Positions 16,945 through 24,000 of a DNA stretch of 24,000 nt are shown piece after piece. Source of the DNA: Flammeovirga sp. OC4 (GTDB lineage Bacteria; Bacteroidota; Bacteroidia; Cytophagales; Flammeovirgaceae); assembly GCF_000812565.1 (NCBI RefSeq), contig NZ_JTAM01000049.1, positions 19,384-43,383 on the forward strand. Direction: 5' to 3'. Position numbers and translations under genes: made by a program. Within the stretch, counting starts at the first letter, position 1, and every line of letters starts with the position of its first letter. The notes under the pieces are model-generated. The model was not told where the DNA came from and ran no database searches. It saw only the letters and a list, made by a program, of their open reading frames with translations.

Positions 16945-17490
16945 TTAGACTATAATTCCTTTCTCTGGGTGTTTGCCTACAAATTGACTGAGATAAGTCT
17001 TGATTTTCAATGTGTCTTCCTCAATGTTACCCGAAGGAATTATATACTCCCCGAATACAATTCTTTTTGTTTTGAAGCACATACCCACCATGTATATAGG
17101 TACATTAGCACCCATAGCAATTCTATAAAATCCAGTTTTCCAATTATCATTATAAGATCTAGTGCCTTCAGGAGTAACGGCCATGATCAGTTCCTCTCTT
17201 TGATTGAATTCTTGAATAACTTGATCAACCAATCTTGTATTTTTTGTTCTAATAACTGGAATAGCTCCTTGTTTTAACAGAAACCGACCTAATAAACCTT
17301 TACAAAGCGTACTTTTAATAAAAAATTTCGCCTTAATACCTACAATATCTCGAGCAGGTACTCCCACCATAAAATCCCAAAAACTTGTATGTGGCCCTAC
17401 AACTACCACCATTTTTTTTACCTCATTTGGAAATATTCCTTCTACTTTCCAACCGGCTAATTTAAATAGCCAAATCCAAATTGTTCTCAT
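16945..17490 (-). CDS. Lysophospholipid (1-acyl-sn-glycerol-3-phosphate) acyltransferase family protein (PlsC-like).
   Basis: The H(x)4D catalytic motif (GPHTSFWDF) and the PEGTR motif (VTPEGTRS) occur in the expected order and spacing. The N-terminus is hydrophobic. Confidence 0.75.
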   Translation of the reverse strand: MRTIWIWLFKLAGWKVEGIFPNEVKKMVVVVGPHTSFWDFMVGVPARDIVGIKAKFFIKSTLCKGLLGRFLLKQGAIPVIRTKNTRLVDQVIQEFNQREELIMAVTPEGTRSYNDNWKTGFYRIAMGANVPIYMVGMCFKTKRIVFGEYIIPSGNIEEDTLKIKTYLSQFVGKHPEKGIIV

Positions 17491-17607
17491 TATGTTAACA
17501 TTAGAAAAGTGCTAAACTATCACTAAATATTGATAAAGTCAGTTTAAAAGAGGATTTATTAACTATTTCATTGCACTATTAAGTGTATTTAGATCACTTA
17601 TAACATC

Positions 17608-17627
17608 AAGATAATGTAAAGATAATG
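17608..17627 (+). promoter_or_regulatory. Tandem direct repeat AAGATAATG x2 with an exact 11-bp period; a candidate winged-helix response-regulator (Pho-box-like) site upstream of the PstS-like gene.
   Basis: The copies lie at 17608-17616 and 17619-17627, which is 57-76 nt upstream of the ATG at 17684. The geometry (direct repeats one helical turn apart) is that of OmpR/PhoB-family sites. The motif itself is not the enterobacterial Pho box. Confidence 0.3.
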
Positions 17628-17683
17628 ACTTATTCTTGTAACATTAGATCTCGACTTTTGTGATATCAATAAATGCTGAAAAA

Positions 17684-18514
17684 ATGAAGAATCTATCTCT
17701 AAAATTCATAACAGTAATACTTTTTTATACTTGCATATTTACTACTAGAACAAACGCACAAACAAACACACTTAAAGGACAAGGAAGTGACACTATGCTT
17801 CCAGTAGTAGAAGCACTAGTAAATACATATTCATCTACTGCATCAATCGATGTACAAGGAGGTGGAAGTTCTCTAGGTTTTAGAGGACTGTCAAATTACG
17901 CTATTCAATTCGCACTTTCTTCAAGAAAAGTGAAATTAGGAGAGAAGGAAAAAATTGAAGACAAATATGATCATCTTATGGAAAAGGTGATAGCATTTGA
18001 TGCTTTATCAATTATTACTCACCCTTCTAATCCGGTTAAAAAACTATCAGTTCAAACTATTGCAAAGATCTTTAAAGGTGAAATTACCAATTGGAGTGAA
18101 TTAGGAGGAAATGATATTCCTATTCTTGTGGTCACTAGAGACGAAAACTCAGGTAGCTTTGGCTTTTTCAAATCTGAAGTGATGAGAAGTGCTCCTATGC
18201 GAGATGGTAGCGTAGAAGTGGGGTCTAATTCTGCAGTAGTAGAAAAAGTGAGTGAGGAAGAAGGTGCTATTGGGTATTGTGGTATTGCTTACGTTGACGA
18301 AATTGTTCAACCTGTATCAGTGAGCGTTAATAATACAGATTATGTGTATCCTTCATTCAGGAATGCACTTCAAAAAACTTACCCTCTTTCAAGACCTCTT
18401 TATTTATATTATAGAGATTCAGAAAAGAGTACAGTGCAAAGTTTTGTGAAGTTTGCGCTTTCAGAAAAAGGACAACAAGTGGTGGCTCACAAAGGATACA
18501 TTCCAGCTTTCTAA
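17684..18514 (+). CDS. PstS-family (PBP_like_2) periplasmic substrate-binding protein, probably binding phosphate or another oxyanion, with a signal peptide.
   Basis: GQGSDTMLP, the QGGGSSLGFRGL glycine loop and VVTRDENSGSFGFF (the R...SGS anion-binding region) fit the PstS-like type II binding-protein pattern. The ATG at 17684 gives the signal peptide MKNLSLKFITVILFYTCIFTTRTNAQ. The track start at 17660 is a GTG and less likely. No pstCAB genes are adjacent. Confidence 0.75.
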   Translation: MKNLSLKFITVILFYTCIFTTRTNAQTNTLKGQGSDTMLPVVEALVNTYSSTASIDVQGGGSSLGFRGLSNYAIQFALSSRKVKLGEKEKIEDKYDHLMEKVIAFDALSIITHPSNPVKKLSVQTIAKIFKGEITNWSELGGNDIPILVVTRDENSGSFGFFKSEVMRSAPMRDGSVEVGSNSAVVEKVSEEEGAIGYCGIAYVDEIVQPVSVSVNNTDYVYPSFRNALQKTYPLSRPLYLYYRDSEKSTVQSFVKFALSEKGQQVVAHKGYIPAF

Positions 18515-18527
18515 ACTAGATCCAATT

Positions 18528-21101
18528 ATGAAATTATCACCTCAGAAACGACAGGCTAAAAGTATTAAAACAAGACTGGTCTGGTCATTTGCTACAAACT
18601 TACTAATTATCAGTGTGGTGTTTTTTGTGTATGCATACATCAAAAATACGACAACAAATGCTGAAAAAGTTGTTACTGATCTAGCTACGGTATCCAATAA
18701 GATTCAGAAAATTAAAGCGGGGCAACAATCTTTCTTGCTCACTGAAACCATCAACCCGACTTTCTACGAGACTAAAAAGAACAAGTATATAGAAAAGAAC
18801 AAGCAGATGATTTTAGAGATCAATGAACAGATTGATCAATTCTATGTCAATGAGTATGTAAAGAGAGCAAATGTGATTGTTCCACTACGTAATCTTGAAA
18901 AATCGATAGCATTATATCATACTACTTTAGACTCTTTGGTTGCCGTTCAGCTTAAACGCGGTTTCAAAAGCTACGGGGTAGAAGGTGATATGAGACGTTC
19001 TGTCTACAGTGTGATGAACTCAGGGTATGATCTTGATCAAGTCAAGATTTTATCCTTAAGAAGACATGAAAAAGATTACATTTTAAGAAAGGATCAAACG
19101 TATGCCAACAAACTTTCTAAGGTAATTGAGAGATTGAAGGTAGACATTGATCGTACGGTATCTGACAAATATGGACGCGTTTATTTGAAAGGAGCTTTGG
19201 ATAATTACGAGCAATACTTTCAAAGATTGGTTGCGTTAGATGCTGAATTAGGTTATTTCGGTCATGCAGGTATCAAAGATAATTTAAATGTTTCATTAAA
19301 TATTATCGAAAAGGATATCACGAAGATCTCAGAAATAGTAAAGGATTATGAAAGGTATTGGCAATCCATAAATATTTTTATCCTTTTTGTTTCTGCATTT
19401 AGTATTATTTTAGTCAATGCAATTCTACTTTATTATTTATTGAATCGTTTAGGAAAGCCTATTAATGAGTTATCTAATTCAATTCATAAAATTGTTGAAG
19501 ATAAATTCCAAGGGAAAATCTATACGATTAAAACGCAGGATGAGATTGGTGCACTTTCGAGAGACTTCAATTATGTGTTGGAGAAAATGAACGAAAGAAG
19601 TGAAGAAATCCTTCAACAGAAGGAAGAGTTGGCTACGACTTATGAGAAAATTGATACGATCAGACAAATCGGTAATAAGATCAGTAACCATACGTCGGTA
19701 AGTGAAATCATAGAAGAATTCAACAGAGCATTGAGTAATGTATTGGATTTCTCATTATTCATGGTGGGGATTGTGCACGAAGATCAAATGCATTATCAAG
19801 GTTATGATAAAGAAGGAAAGTACTATGAATTAAAACGTTCTCTTTTGGATAATACGCACTTGGGGGTCACGTGTTTTAACGCTCAGGAAGCAATTATTTG
19901 TGAGGACTTTTTAGGCAGTACACCAAATCCATACAAGCATTTATTGCCTGTTATTACGCATAAAAAAGCGGCTTCATTAATCTATTTACCGTTGACTACA
20001 CCTTCAGGAAAAATTGGTGTTTTGGCCATTCATAATGACAGACCAAATGCTTACTCAGACGTGGAAATCAACATGCTTGGAAGTATTGTAGTTTATGCTG
20101 TTAGTGCCTTACAAACAGCAATGAACTATGAGGATATGGAAACGCAGGTATTGAAGAAGACCGAGCAAATCAATAGACATAGGGATGAATTGATGAGTAG
20201 TAACTTGCTGTTACAAGGGACACTAGAGGAGTTGGAAAAAAAGAATGCTCAGCAGACAAGTAGTATTCAATACGCTAAGAGAATCCAACAAGCCTTGTTG
20301 CCTAACATCTCATTGATCCGTTCTCAATTCCATGATGCATTTGTATTCTACAGACCCAAAGATATTGTGAGTGGCGATTTTTACTGGTTAGAAACCAAAG
20401 GAGATTACACCTATCTGGCAGTGGCAGATTGTACAGGTCATGGCGTTCCTGGTGCATTTATGTCTATTTTGGGAAGAGAAATTTTATCTAACCTTATTAA
20501 TTCGAAAGAAAATCTTACAGCTGCTCAATTGTTGGATGAACTGAATATTAGAATCAGAGTAGCCTTGCAACAGGAAAGAATGAATAATAAAGATGGGATG
20601 GATATCGGTATTTGCGTGATCAATAAAAGAAAACGTGAATTGACTTATGCCGGTGCTCATCATCCGCTTTATCTAGTGAAAAAGGATGCGTTGGGTAATC
20701 AAGAAATTGATGTGATCAAAGGAGAGAAACAGTCAATTGGCGGTCATATTTTCAAAAAGAAACAATACCAGCCTTTCACCAATCATGTGATCCGATTAGA
20801 TGATCCTAATGCACAAGTGGAATCTGTATATATGTGTACTGATGGCTATCAAGATCAGTTTGGAGGGGAAAACGGACAAAAGTTCTACAAGAAAAATATG
20901 AGACAACTCTTCTTAGATGTGGCGCAGAAGCCTATGTTTGAGCAGAAGTCCATTATTGCAATGACCATCAACGAATGGATGCAAGAAACCGAAAAGCAAA
21001 CTGATGATATTTTAGTGATTGGCTTCAAGCTTCCTCCTGTACAATATGTAGGGAAGACGCTCGAAGACAAAAGTGTTGAAGATATGTTGGGGTTAATGTA
21101 A
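18528..21101 (+). CDS. Membrane sensor protein phosphatase: TM1, a ~250-aa helical extracytoplasmic domain, TM2, HAMP, GAF, a coiled coil and a PP2C/SpoIIE-type Ser phosphatase (RsbU-like).
   Basis: The likely start is the ATG at 18528 (MKLSPQKRQAKSIKTRLVWSFATNLLIISVVFFVY), 13 nt after the PstS-like stop. The track start at 18453 overlaps the upstream gene. TM2 lies at ~19369-19443. HAMP reads GKPINELS......QDEIGALSRDFNYVLEKM. The GAF-like segment spans ~19650-20130. PP2C motifs are IQYAKRIQQALLP, SGDFYW, VADCTGHGVPGAFMS, DGMD, CTDGYQDQFGG and DDILVIGFKL. Confidence 0.85.
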   Translation: MKLSPQKRQAKSIKTRLVWSFATNLLIISVVFFVYAYIKNTTTNAEKVVTDLATVSNKIQKIKAGQQSFLLTETINPTFYETKKNKYIEKNKQMILEINEQIDQFYVNEYVKRANVIVPLRNLEKSIALYHTTLDSLVAVQLKRGFKSYGVEGDMRRSVYSVMNSGYDLDQVKILSLRRHEKDYILRKDQTYANKLSKVIERLKVDIDRTVSDKYGRVYLKGALDNYEQYFQRLVALDAELGYFGHAGIKDNLNVSLNIIEKDITKISEIVKDYERYWQSINIFILFVSAFSIILVNAILLYYLLNRLGKPINELSNSIHKIVEDKFQGKIYTIKTQDEIGALSRDFNYVLEKMNERSEEILQQKEELATTYEKIDTIRQIGNKISNHTSVSEIIEEFNRALSNVLDFSLFMVGIVHEDQMHYQGYDKEGKYYELKRSLLDNTHLGVTCFNAQEAIICEDFLGSTPNPYKHLLPVITHKKAASLIYLPLTTPSGKIGVLAIHNDRPNAYSDVEINMLGSIVVYAVSALQTAMNYEDMETQVLKKTEQINRHRDELMSSNLLLQGTLEELEKKNAQQTSSIQYAKRIQQALLPNISLIRSQFHDAFVFYRPKDIVSGDFYWLETKGDYTYLAVADCTGHGVPGAFMSILGREILSNLINSKENLTAAQLLDELNIRIRVALQQERMNNKDGMDIGICVINKRKRELTYAGAHHPLYLVKKDALGNQEIDVIKGEKQSIGGHIFKKKQYQPFTNHVIRLDDPNAQVESVYMCTDGYQDQFGGENGQKFYKKNMRQLFLDVAQKPMFEQKSIIAMTINEWMQETEKQTDDILVIGFKLPPVQYVGKTLEDKSVEDMLGLM

Positions 21102-21107
21102 TGAAAA

Positions 21108-22625
21108 TTACATTTCCTCTTTTCTTTGGTATTGTTCTAAGGACTTGGTAGGAGTAATTATAGTTCCTCCTTCCCACAAATCAAGAGAATTTTTCTGTTC
21201 TCTTTTCACCTTAACAATTTCCTCTTCTTTCACCTGATCAAATTGATCGGGTGTTATTTTTTTACGCTCTAGCACCAATAATTCTCTAGTTTCAACTGAG
21301 CTCATGTGCAGATTTGTTTTCACTTTGATTTCCTCAAGTTTTTTATCAAACATAAAACGTTTTTGTTTCTTGAGAAGGGAAAGGTTTCTTTCAAAAGAGA
21401 ATGAGATATCAACTTGGTTATAGATGTATTTTACAAAGTAGTTGGTTTCTCCTTTTTCAAAAATCACTTTCATCTTTTTGAAGTTTTCAGAAAAGCCAAT
21501 ACCTAATAGTTGTATATGTTTTCCTCGTTTTCCAGGGGCATATTCAATATCCATTTGAAGTAAGGCAAAAGTTTCGGAAGAAACGAAAATCATTCCTTGA
21601 AAGTTGCCCCCTTTGGGAGTGAAAGAAATTTTGTAAGCTACATCATTATCGATCATCGTAGCTCCTTCCAATTCAAAATTATATTTCCCTTTTTTGGTGA
21701 TGAACTCCAAGTAGTCGCTGTCAATATCCGTCACATTATTGAAAACTTCTTCAATGCCATTTTTTACATATTTAGTCTTAAAGTTGTAGTGAAGGGAGTC
21801 CAATACATCTGGGTTCAATGAGTTAATAGAATCACTTTCCGCTTCTTCTTCGTCTTTTAATTTTGTACCAATGATGCCCGATTTAATTCTATAGTAGACA
21901 TCATCATTTCCAAATGAGTTTTCAATATCTTCGGCTAAAAAATTAAGTGTCTTCTCTAATTCCTTATTGATTTTTTGAAATGAACTTTCTTCCAGTGAGA
22001 TGGCTTTTTTTGCGACAAGCTTATGCTCATCTTCTCCTGTATACCAACTATGTTTACTATCAAGGTAATTGATAAACTCATCTGGAAGCATGGCCATTAT
22101 TTTATCACTTTTAGCTTGATTGATTTCTTCAAAACTAGATTTTTTTAGCTGAAAAGGATTGTCCTTGTTCATGGTTGTTCGATGAAAACTATGAATAAAA
22201 AGCTCTTCTTTTACATTTTCCTTTTTATAGTTCTTTTCGAAATTCTCTTCAACTTTGCTAATAATGTCTTTTACAGAAATATTTTTAGAGGTGATCACAA
22301 CTTCCTCAAGATTGATGACGAGCGGTTTCAATGCAACATTTAAGGTAGATCGCTTTTTAATATCCTTTACTAAATACTTAATAGTGGTATAACCACCATA
22401 GCTGAAAGAAATAGAATCTGTATCTTCTAAATTGGATAGATTAATAGTATAATTCCCTTCGGCATTCGAAACGGTACCTTTCCCTTTTTCGGAGAATAGG
22501 ATATTTGTAAAAGGTAATGCTTCTTTAGATTCAGCGTCAGTGACTTGTCCTTTGATGAATTCTTGAGCATAAAGGCTTTTAGTACTGAAGAAAATAAATA
22601 AAATGAAAACTAATTTTCGTAACAT
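21108..22625 (-). CDS. Secreted protein with an N-terminal CarboxypepD_reg-like (carboxypeptidase regulatory-like, Ig-fold) domain and a ~400-aa uncharacterised C-terminal region.
   Basis: The signal peptide is MLRKLVFILFIFFSTKSLYAQ. IKGQVTDAESKEALPFTNILFSEKGKGTVSNAEGNYTINL matches the CarboxypepD_reg pattern. I see no catalytic motif in the remainder. Confidence 0.6.
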   Translation of the reverse strand: MLRKLVFILFIFFSTKSLYAQEFIKGQVTDAESKEALPFTNILFSEKGKGTVSNAEGNYTINLSNLEDTDSISFSYGGYTTIKYLVKDIKKRSTLNVALKPLVINLEEVVITSKNISVKDIISKVEENFEKNYKKENVKEELFIHSFHRTTMNKDNPFQLKKSSFEEINQAKSDKIMAMLPDEFINYLDSKHSWYTGEDEHKLVAKKAISLEESSFQKINKELEKTLNFLAEDIENSFGNDDVYYRIKSGIIGTKLKDEEEAESDSINSLNPDVLDSLHYNFKTKYVKNGIEEVFNNVTDIDSDYLEFITKKGKYNFELEGATMIDNDVAYKISFTPKGGNFQGMIFVSSETFALLQMDIEYAPGKRGKHIQLLGIGFSENFKKMKVIFEKGETNYFVKYIYNQVDISFSFERNLSLLKKQKRFMFDKKLEEIKVKTNLHMSSVETRELLVLERKKITPDQFDQVKEEEIVKVKREQKNSLDLWEGGTIITPTKSLEQYQRKEEM

Positions 22626-22977
22626 AGAGTAGTTTGTTTTTAAAAGGATATGTAATTTTATAGGATGGTACTTTATTTAAAGCTAAAATTTAAGTGATTA
22701 AGTAATCTTGACTTGGCTATTTTTCAATTTAGTGAATAATTTAAAGACTTAAATTAACGATTTAGGTCTTCAATCAATTTGACACTTATGAAGGTTAAAT
22801 AGTACAAATTGGAAGCTGAATATAGTCATTTTTTTGTGAAGCTGCCTTCATTCAATATTAACTTAAATAATATTAAACTGAAATAAAATCTTCCATGCAA
22901 CCTTTACAGTTTAACGTTGTCTTTATATATTGAAGTCCCTTGGGGATAATATTATTATCTATATTAATGCTTTTCTT

Positions 22978-24000
22978 TTGAAACACTATTTGCTATTTGT
23001 TACTCTTATTTTTTCACTATCACTCTCAGCTCAATCTTTAGAATCTGAAAAGAACCACGAAATTGATAGTTTAAGGAAAAATATTAAGCTGCAAGAAGTC
23101 AATGAAAATTACATCAAAGACCTCTTGTCTCTTTGTACGCTCTATAATCAGTCTGATTTAGATTCTGCATTATACTTTGCTGATCTTGCCATTCAGAATG
23201 CACTACAGATTGACGACCAAATAGATCTACAAAAAGCATATCACCTCAAAGGTGTAGTTCATTATTATCAAGCGGAATACAGTGAGGCACTAAAAGATTA
23301 TTTTGAATCTACTACTATTGCAAAAAATCTTGGAGATACCTCAGCATGGAATGTCTCAATTCAAAATCTTGGAAAAGCCTACGAGGTTCAAGGGGAACAT
23401 GATAAAGCTTACAATTACTATAAGGAAGGGTTGGAATTATTAAATGACTCTTCTTCTGCACGTTTGAGAGCATTGGCTTACAGTAATATGGCTAATATTC
23501 TTTTTTATCAACAACATTACGAAAAGTCGCTGGCTTACCACAAAAAAGCTATTCAAATAAGAACGAAAGAAAAACAGAAGAATGCCTTGGCTTATTCTTA
23601 CAATGATATTGCCATTGTCTACAGAATTGTTGGTGAAATAGGGCAATCACTAAGAGCTTATAAAGATGCCTATGCGATTTTAAAAAGATTGGACGACAAA
23701 AGAGGATTGACCCAAGTTTCTAGTAATATTGCTGGCCTTTATATTGATATGAACCGATTGGATTCGGCTTTACATTATGCTCAGCAAAGTTACGAGTTAG
23801 CTACTACTTTAGAAGCTAGGCATGAGTTAATGGGAGCATCGTCACAATTGTCAGAATTATACGAGAGAAAAGGAGATTATAAATCAGCTTTGAAATACAA
23901 CCGTCAGTCTCATGCACTTTATGACAGTGTATTTACACAAGAAAAAATGCGGGAAGTTGCGTTGTTAGAAACACAGGTAAGGTTTAATGAGCAGGAGGCA
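22978..24000 (+). CDS. TPR-repeat protein with a signal peptide, truncated at its 3' end by the window edge; probably the sensory N-terminal portion of a signal-transduction protein.
   Basis: This ORF is absent from the track because it has no stop in the window. The frame is open from 22915 to 24000. Seven or more 34-40-aa TPR-like units carry recurring A..Y/L..A...G motifs (e.g. AYHLKGVVHYYQAEYSEALKDYFES, NLGKAYEVQGEHDKAYNYYKEGL, NMANILFYQQHYEKSLAYHKKAI). The TTG at 22978 gives (M)KHYLLFVTLIFSLSLSAQS. There is no in-frame ATG before ~23488. The start is uncertain (see findings). Confidence 0.7.
   Translation, partial: MKHYLLFVTLIFSLSLSAQSLESEKNHEIDSLRKNIKLQEVNENYIKDLLSLCTLYNQSDLDSALYFADLAIQNALQIDDQIDLQKAYHLKGVVHYYQAEYSEALKDYFESTTIAKNLGDTSAWNVSIQNLGKAYEVQGEHDKAYNYYKEGLELLNDSSSARLRALAYSNMANILFYQQHYEKSLAYHKKAIQIRTKEKQKNALAYSYNDIAIVYRIVGEIGQSLRAYKDAYAILKRLDDKRGLTQVSSNIAGLYIDMNRLDSALHYAQQSYELATTLEARHELMGASSQLSELYERKGDYKSALKYNRQSHALYDSVFTQEKMREVALLETQVRFNEQEA

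Noticed and set aside
16969-17277. A 102-aa plus-strand ORF inside the acyltransferase gene.
   Set aside because: It is antisense to a CDS carrying both the HX4D and PEGTR motifs, and it has no features of its own.
17660-18527. The longer N-terminal extensions given by the ORF track (GTG at 17660 for the PstS-like gene, 18453 for the sensor, TTG at 7759 for the dehydrogenase, TTG at 83 for the adhesin).
   Set aside because: Internal ATGs at 17684, 18528 and 7723 give canonical signal-peptide, TM or N-terminal sequences and avoid overlap with the upstream gene. The adhesin frame is open to the window edge, so 83 is not a start.
19479-23646. ORFs 19479-19691 (-), 20885-21070 (-), 21597-21821 (+) and 23440-23646 (-).
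   Set aside because: They are antisense to the sensor phosphatase, the CarboxypepD_reg protein and the TPR gene respectively. They are shadow ORFs.
1-24000. A search by eye for CRISPR arrays, tRNA/rRNA genes, IS elements or transposases, integrases, toxin-antitoxin pairs and known defence-system genes.
   Set aside because: I saw no regularly spaced 25-40-bp repeats, no cloverleaf-capable GC-rich ~75-nt islands in the intergenic regions, no DDE/tyrosine-recombinase-like ORFs, no terminal inverted repeats flanking any gene, and no small adjacent ORF pairs. The window looks like core chromosome rather than an accessory island.

Overview
The window is low-GC (~35-37% by eye) chromosomal DNA. It most likely comes from a Bacteroidota organism of the Cytophagales/Flammeovirgaceae type. 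That inference rests on a T9SS C-terminal sorting domain, CHU_C-type Ig-like repeats, a DUF3127 gene and no obvious Shine-Dalgarno use. I support 15 protein-coding genes:
- the 3' ~5.8 kb of a giant acidic T9SS-secreted adhesin-like protein
- an acyl-CoA dehydrogenase (glutaryl-CoA dehydrogenase type) followed by an RluE-like pseudouridine synthase
- a DUF3127 OB-fold protein
- an ABC1/UbiB-family kinase
- a His-rich CDF metal exporter
- focA-pflB (formate channel and pyruvate formate-lyase)
- a FUSC-family membrane protein
- a small OM beta-barrel protein
- a PlsC-type acyltransferase
- a PstS-like binding protein directly followed by a membrane HAMP-GAF-PP2C (SpoIIE-type) sensor phosphatase
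- a secreted CarboxypepD_reg-domain protein
- the 5' part of a TPR protein

I found no rRNA, tRNA, CRISPR array, transposase/integrase or recognisable defence system, so the window looks like core/housekeeping DNA rather than an island.

The best candidates for something undescribed:
1. The PstS-like / HAMP-GAF-PP2C two-gene sensory module, with an 11-bp-phased direct repeat upstream.
2. The DUF3127 protein, which carries a full SSB-like disordered linker and a ...DGDLPF acidic tip.
3. An orphan hairpin plus terminator (candidate sRNA or leader) and phased 12-mers upstream of the ABC1 kinase gene.
4. An exact 834-nt three-module super-repeat in the adhesin.

Two genes also show signs of 1-nt homopolymer problems. 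All functional calls come from reading motifs by eye. No searches were run.
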